From the NCBI GenBank assembly GCA_030149115.1, contig JASBSE010000140.1, positions 1-49,086 of the forward strand: DNA of 49,086 nt, written 5' to 3'. Positions 8,289 through 17,757 of the stretch are shown one piece after another; the stretch's first letter is position 1, and each line of letters opens with the position of its first letter. The notes under the pieces are model-generated. The model was not told the origin of the DNA, did not search any database, and saw only the letters and a list, made by a program, of their open reading frames with translations. The translations under genes and the position numbers were made by a program. Source of the DNA: Winogradskyella sp. GTDB lineage: Bacteria; Bacteroidota; Bacteroidia; Flavobacteriales; Flavobacteriaceae.

Positions 8289-11200
8289 ATTCCTTTACCT
8301 TAATTTTTACCTTATATTTTAAAGGCTTTAATTTACCCAGCTTATTAATATCTTTAATCGCAAATATTTTAGAGTTCTTATTCACTAACCAAATTTCATA
8401 TTGATTAGAATTTTCTATACCAAATTCTCTTTCAGATTCTGATAAATCAAATGAGTATCCATTGTAATATTTACTTTCTACAAACTTCATCTCGTTAGTT
8501 ATAACATCAAAGTATTTAATATCATAATGCGCACTTTCATTAGTTTTTGCTATAAGTTCCACATTGGTATATAAATCTGGTTTACTCAATAAATACTTCT
8601 TTATAACATCTTCTACACTATTACCTAATTTTTTCTTTTGATTATCGGATAAGCCATTGCCCGAGCCATTTGTAGTGCCTAACCAAAAACCTCCATTTTG
8701 ATTTTCGTCATTATCGTTAATATTTTCGAATTCAAAATCTGTTATGAGTTCAGGCTCAACATTTTGATTTAAATTAAAATGAGGTTCTGTTATGTCAATA
8801 GTTTTTTTATTCTTTTCAGATAATTTTTTCTTTATATATTCAATATAACCCTCAAAGTAACTAAGGCTATTTAATTCTTCTTCCTTTCTGATGAAAAGCC
8901 TCTCATCTTCACTGAATTCTTCACTATTTTTATTTTCGACAAGGTCATAATCTTGAAACTCTTCATTAGTAAAATCAAAATCAACAAAATCAAATTTGTT
9001 GTTCAAAAGCTTCGTAATTTCATTTGTAAAATCATAACTTTTTTTACTTTGATTAAAGCTAAAATTATTTAATAAAGTTTCTATTTGGTATAAATACTTT
9101 ATAAATTTTTCTTGATCTTCTCGAGTTTTTTGAGATAAATGATACCAAACTTGATTTTTTATTTTTTTCTTTTGATTCTCATAAAACGAATAAAGTTCAT
9201 TTGTAAATAGTGAATCGAAAGATAGTTTGTAATCTGATACATTATTATAATTTTCTAAATCAATATTTAAAATTTGAAAGCAATTTCTAATTTTAAAAAG
9301 TTCTTCTAAATTGTCATCAGAATTAAACATTGATAGAGATTTAACCAAAGGAAAATAATGGTTGATGTATACCTCAATGTTGTTTTCATTTAAATCTGAT
9401 GGAATAACATTATCCTTTAGCTTGAAAATAGTTTTCCAAATAGATAGTCTTACACTTATCTCTCCTAATAATATTTTAGACTCTTCTAAAATTCCTTCTG
9501 CAAGCTCATTCTTTAAATCATAAATATTATCTTCCCTTGTCTGCATTATAATTGATTCAAAGATTTTCTTTTCATCAAGGGTGTCGAATACTTTTAAAAA
9601 AACATCTGACAAATTATCCCTGAACAATTTTTTTTGCTTTAAAACAGCAATGGTTGAACCATTAGGGATATTAAAATAAAATATATTATTCTTATATATA
9701 TAATTATAGGTTTCAATACTAAAAACCTCATTATCAATACTACATTCTAATTTAGAACAAACTTCTATTTTTAATTTATTTAATAATTGAACTTGCCCAT
9801 TCTTTACATCTTCTTTTGTGATTTTATCTAATCTAAAAGCTAGAATAAACGGCTTAATTTCCTTTATGAAATTTTGAAAGTCATCTGCAATAAAAAGGTT
9901 TGGCTGTTTATCTTCAATTTTTAAATCTAAAGCGTTCAAATCTTTAAGACCAAACATTTTTATGGCTCTAGAACCACCTGCTCTTGAGGGATAATAAAAA
10001 ATGGGAAATTTTCTTGTTAAGGTATCTGGTAATTGAATTCTATCACTGAAATATATTTCACTAGCATTTTTTACTATTATATTTTCACCTTGTCTTGCAT
10101 AAAGGTCTACATCTAAAATTGTTTCTTCGTTTTTTTTGTAATGACCCACTAAGCTTTTATAAAAAACTTGTGCTCCTTTTTCATTTTTTCTATCAGCAAG
10201 CTGTTGCGTTTTATTTTTTAAATAATCTATATCTAAATCATTAAAATCTTTTTTAGCTCCCAAAAAAGTTAGCATTCTATCTACTTCTGTTTTATCTAAA
10301 TCATTATTGATATTGAATAAATAATCATAATCAACTTTAAATGGATTAAACCACTCTTGCTTTTTATTGGTAATAAGGTAATTAGTAATATTAAAGTGCT
10401 TAGACAACTTATAATAAATATAATTTACAAAGGGTCTAATAGATTTTACACCATAATGACTGTAGTTCATTTTTTCCGATGAACTATAGGTTTCTGTATA
10501 ATTTATAAAAATAGATTTCAAAGAAGCATCTAACGACAGCCAACATATAATTTGATTAATATTTATAGTCTCTTTATCAAGAAATTTATTAAAGTTTTTT
10601 ATACCAAATAAACTATAACTATAGATTGATGTATTATGTACTTTATTCGAATATTGAATGAATTTAGTTTCTATATTTGAACTAATTTTTTCTATAATAG
10701 AAAATGGGTTAACCCCTAACCACTTTAAAAACTCTTCAACTTCTTGGATGTTTTTATCCTGTAAGCCCAATACAGAAAGTGTAGTAATTATATTTTCACT
10801 TTCATATAGCTCACCAAAGATTTGATTTGATAATTTACCCATCTGAAATTCATCAGATAGTACAAGAGTTTTAATATCAATTATCTCGTTATTTTTATTT
10901 AAACAAGGTATTTTGCCATCGTAATCCAAATCGGGATTATCTCCTCTTAATTTATAGTTGAAAAATAACTTCTGATAAAATTCTTTGATTACTATATTTT
11001 TATCTGCAGCCGATATTTTGAGGTAATTTTCGGTTTCACTAATTATTTTTTTAATAACTGTTTGCGGCTCAAATGAGTGAACATCTGATATTGTTTCCAG
11101 TTTATCTTTTAAGCTTCTTGACTTATGTGTAGCTGTTTGTAGTTTAAGCTGAATTATCAACTCGCTATATAAATCTGAATTTAAAAAACGGATTTTAGAA

Positions 11201-12726
11201 TATGATGGTACTTGTAAATCTTTATTTTCTGTAGTTTTATCAGTATAAACAAAATCTTCTGTTTTTATTGGCTCACCTTTCTCATCAATTAAAACTTCAA
11301 ATTTTTCGCTTGGATATAACTCTAATAATAAGCTTACTAATTTTGCTCTTTGTTTTATTGTTAATCCAACCACCAATCGTTCAATTATTTCTCTATAATT
11401 TTTTGGTTTATTCACATATTGCTGTGGTGTAATTGGTAAATCACAAAATACTATTTGCTCACTATAAAGGTGTTCAAGTTGATTGTCCGCAATAAACTCT
11501 GCGATTCTATTTCCTAAATTTTTAGCAATTGATGATGTAACATACTCTCCTGATAAGATTGGATAAACTTTAAATTTTTCCCAATAATTATTTATTAAGT
11601 TAGAATAGGGCTCGTAAATATTTAAATCATCATTATTAATGGATTGATACGGCAACCAAGATTTTGTATGTTTTTCTTTTAAATCATCAACCAATTCCAG
11701 GTGCAACTGAAATAGTTTTTTTAGTACAAACGGATTTATCTTAGACCTTGTACTGTGGTTTCTATTTTGGTCTAACTCCAAACTAGCGTGAGCAACAAAA
11801 GGTAATTCAAACGGAATTTGAGTTTTAAAATAGTTGTATAATACCTTATCACTGAAGGTTAAATTATCATTATAGGCAATTTTAACACTGTATTTCTTTG
11901 GTTGACTAGAGTCTTTATCTTCTATTAAGTTTTCATCAACAATACCGTCTGCTCCGATAACATAATATATCTTTCCATTATAATTAATTTCAAATTTATT
12001 CTCTGTAATTTTCGTTCTTGAAACAGAAATTGTTTTATTCAAAATGTCGCCTCCAATTTCTATGGTCTCTATATTTTTAAGAAATAAAAGTGTTTTTTCA
12101 CTTATTGACTTAAGCTGCTCTATAATACTTTCTTCGCTCTCTTTTTTATAGCTAACAGAAATTGTTGTTGTAAAAGCATTTTCATTATTAATGTCTTCAA
12201 TTTTACAACTATTTAACAATGGTAAAGGATATACATTATGGTTTAATTTACGTTCGTTTCTAATATTAGATAACTCCTGTTCTGAATATCCTATCTTATT
12301 TAATAGTATGTCTCTTTTAATTGCTGAATCGAAAATTAAAGCAAACCCATTGCTAATAATTGAAATTTTATTTGCCCAATTAATAATAGACCTAAAACCA
12401 AGTCCTTTATTACCTATAAAGTCTGACGATACTTTAGAAGACAAACCAGGATAAAAAATAGAATCGTAACCTTTTACTGCGAATGGCTTATTGCCATCGT
12501 TGCTTATTTCTAAAATTTGATTTTTAGTATCTATAAAGATTCTAACCTTAGAAGCTCCTTCATCTTCACAGTTTTGAAACAACTCTAAAAGCTGCCTTCC
12601 ATTATAACCTTGATTGGTTTGTTTTTCTATATTATGTAAGCTTAAAAGATTTTTGGGGTTTCTTAACTCTGCCCATCTTCTTTCAATAATACGTTGTACC
12701 TGCTTTTTTACACTCAAATTCTCCAT
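8278..12726 (-). CDS. Sacsin/NO VEIN-like GHKL ATPase with C-terminal DUF3883 (PD-(D/E)xK) domain
   Basis: N-terminal LLELFQNCEDE, ISNDG and GNKGLGFRS; C-terminal LGNSVE...HYDIKY...FVESK...LSESE; very AT-rich; overlaps the hsdR start by 11 nt. Confidence 0.85.
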   Translation of the reverse strand: MENLSVKKQVQRIIERRWAELRNPKNLLSLHNIEKQTNQGYNGRQLLELFQNCEDEGASKVRIFIDTKNQILEISNDGNKPFAVKGYDSIFYPGLSSKVSSDFIGNKGLGFRSIINWANKISIISNGFALIFDSAIKRDILLNKIGYSEQELSNIRNERKLNHNVYPLPLLNSCKIEDINNENAFTTTISVSYKKESEESIIEQLKSISEKTLLFLKNIETIEIGGDILNKTISVSRTKITENKFEINYNGKIYYVIGADGIVDENLIEDKDSSQPKKYSVKIAYNDNLTFSDKVLYNYFKTQIPFELPFVAHASLELDQNRNHSTRSKINPFVLKKLFQLHLELVDDLKEKHTKSWLPYQSINNDDLNIYEPYSNLINNYWEKFKVYPILSGEYVTSSIAKNLGNRIAEFIADNQLEHLYSEQIVFCDLPITPQQYVNKPKNYREIIERLVVGLTIKQRAKLVSLLLELYPSEKFEVLIDEKGEPIKTEDFVYTDKTTENKDLQVPSYSKIRFLNSDLYSELIIQLKLQTATHKSRSLKDKLETISDVHSFEPQTVIKKIISETENYLKISAADKNIVIKEFYQKLFFNYKLRGDNPDLDYDGKIPCLNKNNEIIDIKTLVLSDEFQMGKLSNQIFGELYESENIITTLSVLGLQDKNIQEVEEFLKWLGVNPFSIIEKISSNIETKFIQYSNKVHNTSIYSYSLFGIKNFNKFLDKETININQIICWLSLDASLKSIFINYTETYSSSEKMNYSHYGVKSIRPFVNYIYYKLSKHFNITNYLITNKKQEWFNPFKVDYDYLFNINNDLDKTEVDRMLTFLGAKKDFNDLDIDYLKNKTQQLADRKNEKGAQVFYKSLVGHYKKNEETILDVDLYARQGENIIVKNASEIYFSDRIQLPDTLTRKFPIFYYPSRAGGSRAIKMFGLKDLNALDLKIEDKQPNLFIADDFQNFIKEIKPFILAFRLDKITKEDVKNGQVQLLNKLKIEVCSKLECSIDNEVFSIETYNYIYKNNIFYFNIPNGSTIAVLKQKKLFRDNLSDVFLKVFDTLDEKKIFESIIMQTREDNIYDLKNELAEGILEESKILLGEISVRLSIWKTIFKLKDNVIPSDLNENNIEVYINHYFPLVKSLSMFNSDDNLEELFKIRNCFQILNIDLENYNNVSDYKLSFDSLFTNELYSFYENQKKKIKNQVWYHLSQKTREDQEKFIKYLYQIETLLNNFSFNQSKKSYDFTNEITKLLNNKFDFVDFDFTNEEFQDYDLVENKNSEEFSEDERLFIRKEEELNSLSYFEGYIEYIKKKLSEKNKKTIDITEPHFNLNQNVEPELITDFEFENINDNDENQNGGFWLGTTNGSGNGLSDNQKKKLGNSVEDVIKKYLLSKPDLYTNVELIAKTNESAHYDIKYFDVITNEMKFVESKYYNGYSFDLSESEREFGIENSNQYEIWLVNKNSKIFAIKDINKLGKLKPLKYKVKIKVKEYAV

Positions 12727-12729
12727 ACC

Positions 12730-12795
12730 CTAACACACCCTTACCTTACCCGTTACCACACTATTAATTAGACTACTTTGATACCTTTGTAGCTT
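12730..12795. repeat. Direct repeat copy 2 of the hsdS 3' end
   Basis: 59/66 identical to 13964-14029, no gaps. Confidence 0.95.
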
Positions 12796-12834
12796 TTCTA
12801 CATTTTGAACAACAAAACTTGACCTAATTATCAT
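12730..12834 (-). CDS. 34-aa mini-ORF ending in a copy of the HsdS C-terminus
   Basis: MIIRSSFVVQNVEKLQRYQSSLINSVVTGKVRVC*. ATG lies 2 nt after the upstream stop; its stop lies 3 nt before the next ATG. Confidence 0.5.
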   Translation of the reverse strand: MIIRSSFVVQNVEKLQRYQSSLINSVVTGKVRVC

Positions 12835-12836
12835 AA

Positions 12837-13961
12837 TTATAAATTATCTACTTTAAAATACAACAAAGTACCATCTGAATATTTTTTCAAATAGGCAATA
12901 TTCCTTTCAGGTGATTGAAATCCCTCATCTGCCTCATTGACCAAACCATCTATTACCTTCTTATAAATTCCTATTTTAAAATTTTTCGAAGTTCTAAAGT
13001 AACCATGCAAAAAGAAATATGTTACAAAACCATTCAGGAAAGTATTATTCTCTAACAGTAAAGGTTGTTTTACCCAATAAATGGGATTTTGCTCATCTGT
13101 AGTGTTGTCTAATTCATAGAATTGGTCATTGTCATTAATTTCAGGCACATTATTCTCCTCTAAAATAGCTTCTACCCTCTTAAAATCCCCAACTAAATAA
13201 AACCATGAAGCATAATGTAATTTTTTTAATGGAATATACTCTTTATGTGTTGAACAATCTGTTTCTACAAATGCATAATTAATCGAAGACTTTCTAATCT
13301 TTCGTATTTTTTTATTACTGTAGTCATTATTATCCTGAAACCTTAAACTTACAGGGATTTTATAATCAATACAAGGTGGACTATAAACATCATTTATTTG
13401 TCCAAAAGCACTTAATAAATCTCTAGTTGCATTACCATTCATATTGCCTTTTGACTCATATAATCCAACTTTTGTTAATGTCGAATTTAATATGACAAAA
13501 TCGGGTGACTTTCCACCACTTTCAAATCGTATACTAGTTTTTTCTTTAGCTAAATCATAATCTATAAAATAAGGAAATCCCAACCTCTTGGTTACAAAAT
13601 AAGTATTGATTCCTTGAGCCATTTCACCTATTCGTGTACTTTTAGAGAAATCTCTTAACCGTTTGTATCTTGACTCGCTTAAGGTAAGATTATTGTTATT
13701 TAAATCAACAAAATTTAAATGGCTTAATAAAGAAGAAATAATATCAAAATATAACTCTTGATTAGTTAAAGTATAGGTACAGATGGTTCTTGCGGTATAA
13801 TAAGCCATATCTAATATGTCTAAACTAAAATCCTCCTCTTGTCTTCTTGCCGATTTTAAAAAGGCTGGTGCTTGATATTTAAAAACATCTAAATTAAAAG
13901 GCACAAGACCATTTACAGATCTTCGTCTAATTGCATCAATAATTATATGGCCTCTAAACAT
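12837..13961 (-). CDS. Hypothetical protein with a PD-(D/E)xK nuclease-like motif
   Basis: RIGEMAQG...SPDFVILNSTLTKVGLYESKG; likely start ATG 13961, 2 nt after the hsdS stop (ORF track starts at 13970). Confidence 0.75.
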   Translation of the reverse strand: MFRGHIIIDAIRRRSVNGLVPFNLDVFKYQAPAFLKSARRQEEDFSLDILDMAYYTARTICTYTLTNQELYFDIISSLLSHLNFVDLNNNNLTLSESRYKRLRDFSKSTRIGEMAQGINTYFVTKRLGFPYFIDYDLAKEKTSIRFESGGKSPDFVILNSTLTKVGLYESKGNMNGNATRDLLSAFGQINDVYSPPCIDYKIPVSLRFQDNNDYSNKKIRKIRKSSINYAFVETDCSTHKEYIPLKKLHYASWFYLVGDFKRVEAILEENNVPEINDNDQFYELDNTTDEQNPIYWVKQPLLLENNTFLNGFVTYFFLHGYFRTSKNFKIGIYKKVIDGLVNEADEGFQSPERNIAYLKKYSDGTLLYFKVDNL

Positions 13962-13963
13962 AC

Positions 13964-14029
13964 CTAACACACCCTAACCTTACCCGTTACCACACTATTG
14001 ATTAAACTATTTTTATACTCTTGTAGCTT
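13964..14029. repeat. Direct repeat copy 1 (last 22 codons of hsdS, including the stop)
   Basis: Encodes KLQEYKNSLINSVVTGKVRVC*; matches 12730-12795. Confidence 0.95.
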
Positions 14030-15271
14030 ACTTATTTCTTGTTCTTTTAGGTTTATAGCGGTTTCTATTTTAGTCGATGCGGTTTCTATATATTGGGCGA
14101 TTTCTTTTTGTTCGGAAAGTGGTGCAATAGGAAAACGTAAAGACTTTATTAAATCTTGACTAATATTTGGTTGTCCACCTCCATAACCAAGAGAAATAAT
14201 TTCTGTCCTAAAAGCTAAAAGAACCTGAAAAAAGTACTCAATAATTAAATTGTTTGGCTTACCGAAAATACAACAAGCTTGATTTGTAGCTGATTTAACA
14301 CCTAAAATACCAAGTTTCCCAATTGTTGCTCCATACATAGCCATTACTAAACTTCCTTTAGGATAAATTTTTAAACTACTAAAATCTCTAAAAGCTCTTT
14401 CTTTTAATGTTCGTTTTGTCTTAAAAACAGTACTATCATTTAAATCTCCTGTTTGTAAAAAATTATACTTACCATCATAGTACCTATTATCCCCAGATGT
14501 AGGTGTTGTTCCACTGCCGATTTTATTAAATAAATGCGTAACTTTCTTCACTTCCCAATGCTCCGGAATCTCCCCTATCCACTGCACACCAGAGTCTTTC
14601 ATATCGACTGCGCTCGATGTGACACCTTTTGTTACCGCTTTGTGTATGAGGATTTGTTTGCGTTCTTTTAATAGGGCTATCTGTTGTTGTTTTATGGCAA
14701 TAGCCTCATCTATTTTGGTGGTTTTGTCGTCTAAAAAGTCAACAATAAGTTTTTGTTCATTGTAGTTTGGATAGGGAATAATTACATCGCCAAATTTATC
14801 AAAATACAAACGCAACCTCATATCCATTATCCCACGAGAATGTTTCTTTAATTCTGAAATACAAGCTGAGTTTCTAAATAAATAATGATAAAAATTACTT
14901 TCAATTTTAACTTTAGCTCTAAGAATGTCATAAGCAGGGCTTGTTACTCCATCATAGTCTGAAACACCAATAGCTCCCATCCAAGCTAATAATTTGTTGA
15001 CGACAACATCTCCTCTTTTTACGAGCCAATAACCATCTGTTGTTGATGCTTTATTTCCCCTTTCTTCTAAATCCTTTCTTGGTTTAACCCCAATATCTGT
15101 ATATACCGATAATAATTCAAAATCGTTATTCGAGTGAGCAGGTTCAGTTACCAATCTAAAAACATTCTTAACTTTAGTTGCATGCCAATGCTCAGGAATC
15201 TCACCCAACCATTCTACACCAGAGTCTTTATAGCTGTCGTAACGCTGTATTTTAGTTTCTACTTCTACCAT
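13964..15271 (-). CDS. hsdS: Type I restriction-modification specificity subunit
   Basis: Two KDSGV(E/Q)W(L/I)GEIPEHW repeats, two TRDs, conserved helices EQ..IV..LD and SLI..VVTGK. Confidence 0.96.
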   Translation of the reverse strand: MVEVETKIQRYDSYKDSGVEWLGEIPEHWHATKVKNVFRLVTEPAHSNNDFELLSVYTDIGVKPRKDLEERGNKASTTDGYWLVKRGDVVVNKLLAWMGAIGVSDYDGVTSPAYDILRAKVKIESNFYHYLFRNSACISELKKHSRGIMDMRLRLYFDKFGDVIIPYPNYNEQKLIVDFLDDKTTKIDEAIAIKQQQIALLKERKQILIHKAVTKGVTSSAVDMKDSGVQWIGEIPEHWEVKKVTHLFNKIGSGTTPTSGDNRYYDGKYNFLQTGDLNDSTVFKTKRTLKERAFRDFSSLKIYPKGSLVMAMYGATIGKLGILGVKSATNQACCIFGKPNNLIIEYFFQVLLAFRTEIISLGYGGGQPNISQDLIKSLRFPIAPLSEQKEIAQYIETASTKIETAINLKEQEISKLQEYKNSLINSVVTGKVRVC

Positions 15272-17620
15272 TTACACCAAGTTTAAAATATCTGCAATTA
15301 GACCATCGCTTTGTTGTTCTAGCTCTAAAATATCTGCTGTTACCTCCTCTATACTACGTAAAGGTGTGTGCTTGTAAAAGTATTTGTTAAAGCTAATTTC
15401 GTAGCCAATTTTGGTCGCATCTAGGTTTATCCAAGACTCCGCAACGTGTGGTTGTACTTCGCGTTTAAAGTAATTGTGAATGTGGTCTTTTAATGGTACA
15501 TTTTCGGTATCGCGTAGGTCGCTTTCGGTTTCGTAAGTAATATACTGCCCTGCTTTAGCTGTTGGGTAATACCCAAAATCTGGTAAGTCTACTTCTTTGC
15601 AATCTAAATGTTGTAAGAGTTGATTGAGCTTATCGACTGTAAGTTTTACCGTTTTTTTAATCACTTTTTCGGCATCAGCATCGTACCAACTTACCGCGTT
15701 TAAAATGGCTTTTTTCTCGCTTGCACCTAGTTTTAGGTTTTGGGCTTTAATTTCGGCATCTAAATCTTCTACAAATACATTAAAGTCGGTATACTCCTTA
15801 TAGCCAAATACATTTTGTAAGGCTTTGGCAGCTTTAACCAATGCCAAATGTTTGTGCCATGTGTCTTTTTTAGTGAGTTTTGTTTTATTAGCAGACGATA
15901 GATTTAGGTCTTGTGCTTCGCACCATTCCAAAATTTGGTCTTTGTATTGTGCTGTATTGCTGTAGATAGCATCGTCAAATTCTTGGTATGCCCATTGCAT
16001 TGGTTCTAGCAAACGGCTATCAAAACGTAAAGTTTCTACACGCTCGTTGGTAAATTGTGCTTTTAAACGTTTTGGGCGTTCTATAGTGGCTTTGTAATAG
16101 CCAAAATCTGTATTCTCAAATACTTGTGCTGCTAAACTCTCTTCGCCTTCACCTTCTTTACGTTCTAAATGGGTATAGCAGTTAACGATTTCAGTAATGT
16201 GTTCTACTGTGAGTTCGCAGTTTTTGTTTCCTAAGTTTTTACGCAGTTTTTTATACAAAGCATTGGCATCTATGAGTTGTACTTTGCCTTTACGGTGTTC
16301 GGCTTTATTGTTGCTTAAAATCCAGATATAGGTGGTAATGCCGGTGTTGTAAAACAGGTTATTGGGAAGTTGCACAATAGCTTCTAGCCAATCGTTTTCT
16401 ATAATGTAACGACGTATGTTGCTTTCGCCACCACCAGCATCGCCTGTAAACAAGCTACTACCATTATGTACACTGGCAATACGTGTTCCTGTTGGGCTTT
16501 GGTGTAAGGGTTTCATTTTAGAGACCATTTCCATTAAAAACAATAATTGCCCATCGCTAGAACGTGGTACGGCATCTACATCTTCCAACACGCCCCAATA
16601 ATTTTTGAGTTGAATTTTAAAACGCTCGTCAATAACATCTTTACCATCTTTGATGTATTTCTGCTCACTCGCCCAAGATTTTCCGTAAGGGGGATTAGAA
16701 AGCATAAAATCAAAGCTTTTGCCTGCAAATTCATCGGTAGACAAGGTAGAACCTACACGTATGTTGGCAGGGTCGTTGCCCTTAATCATCATATCACTTT
16801 TACAAATGGCGTAAGTTTCGTCGTTGATTTCTTTACCGTATAAATACACATCGCCCATAGCACGTATGCTGCCTTCTTCATCTTTGATAAAGTTTTGGCT
16901 TTCGGTAAGCATACCTCCACTACCACAAGCTGGGTCGTAAATGGTCATAACTGGTGGCAAATTATCTTTAATGGGGTCGAAGATGATGTGCGTCATTAAA
17001 TCAATCACCTCACGTGGTGTAAAGTGTTCACCAGCCTCTTCGTTGTTTTCTTCGTTGAATTTTCTAATCAATTCTTCAAACACATAACCCATTCCTAAAT
17101 TAGATAAAGCAGGTAATTTTCTACCTTCTGGGTCTTCTTTTTCAAAAGGTGTGAGGTTGATGTATGGTGAGGTGAATTTTTCTAATACATCTAACAACAC
17201 ATCTTTATCAGACATTTTTCGTATTTGTGCTCGTAAATTAAATTTTTGAATGATTTCTTTTACGTTTGGACTGAAACCGTTAAGATAATCTTCAAAATTA
17301 GCTTGTAGTATTTGTGCGCTGTTGGTAGCTGTATCTTTTAATTGTTGAAGTGTCCATTTACTGGTATTGTAAAACACGTATCCAGAAGCATCACGCAATC
17401 CGTTTTCATCCCATTCAGTAAAGCCAGCTTCATCACGTTGAAAGGCTAATTCTTCTAAAACAGCTGTTTTAGTAGGTTCTAAAAGCGCGTCTAAACGACG
17501 TAGAACTATCATTGGCAATATAACGTCGCGGTATTTACCACGTACGTAAACGTCTCGCAGGCAATCGTCTGCAATAGACCAGATAAAGGATACTAATTTA
17601 TTGTGGGTTTGTTTGTTCAT
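15272..17620 (-). CDS. hsdM: Type I restriction-modification N6-adenine methyltransferase
   Basis: AGEHFTPREV, YDPACGSGGML and NPPY motifs; N-terminal FIWSIADDCLR. Confidence 0.97.
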   Translation of the reverse strand: MNKQTHNKLVSFIWSIADDCLRDVYVRGKYRDVILPMIVLRRLDALLEPTKTAVLEELAFQRDEAGFTEWDENGLRDASGYVFYNTSKWTLQQLKDTATNSAQILQANFEDYLNGFSPNVKEIIQKFNLRAQIRKMSDKDVLLDVLEKFTSPYINLTPFEKEDPEGRKLPALSNLGMGYVFEELIRKFNEENNEEAGEHFTPREVIDLMTHIIFDPIKDNLPPVMTIYDPACGSGGMLTESQNFIKDEEGSIRAMGDVYLYGKEINDETYAICKSDMMIKGNDPANIRVGSTLSTDEFAGKSFDFMLSNPPYGKSWASEQKYIKDGKDVIDERFKIQLKNYWGVLEDVDAVPRSSDGQLLFLMEMVSKMKPLHQSPTGTRIASVHNGSSLFTGDAGGGESNIRRYIIENDWLEAIVQLPNNLFYNTGITTYIWILSNNKAEHRKGKVQLIDANALYKKLRKNLGNKNCELTVEHITEIVNCYTHLERKEGEGEESLAAQVFENTDFGYYKATIERPKRLKAQFTNERVETLRFDSRLLEPMQWAYQEFDDAIYSNTAQYKDQILEWCEAQDLNLSSANKTKLTKKDTWHKHLALVKAAKALQNVFGYKEYTDFNVFVEDLDAEIKAQNLKLGASEKKAILNAVSWYDADAEKVIKKTVKLTVDKLNQLLQHLDCKEVDLPDFGYYPTAKAGQYITYETESDLRDTENVPLKDHIHNYFKREVQPHVAESWINLDATKIGYEISFNKYFYKHTPLRSIEEVTADILELEQQSDGLIADILNLV

Positions 17621-17720
17621 TTAGTTCAAAACATTAGTGGGCATATCATGATAAAATATCACAATATACTTACTTCTTTTACGAATAAAAATTGAAATTA
17701 ATTAAGGGACTCTAAAGATA

Positions 17721-17750
17721 AAAAAAGCCCTCGGGTTTGCAAGGGCTTTT
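17721..17750 (-). terminator. Rho-independent terminator upstream of hsdM
   Basis: AAAAGCCCT-10nt-AGGGCTTTT; the A-run at 17720-17726 gives the U-tract on the minus strand. Confidence 0.75.
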
Positions 17751-17757
17751 AAAAACT

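Noticed and set aside
8286-8310. Possible third hsdS-tail copy at the sacsin/hsdR junction (TAAGGTAAAGG vs TAAGGTAAGGG; KIKVK vs GKVRV)
   Set aside because: Only 10/11 nt in low-complexity AT-rich coding DNA; too short to support.
13964-15271. Invertible hsdS shufflon or phase-variable simple repeat
   Set aside because: Only one hsdS with two TRDs, no silent TRD, no invertase, and the repeats are direct rather than inverted; no long SSR seen.
15619-15640. GTCGATAAGCTCAATCAAC inside hsdM resembling a REP half-site
   Set aside because: No partner or second copy in the window; explained adequately by the coding sequence (VDKLNQ).
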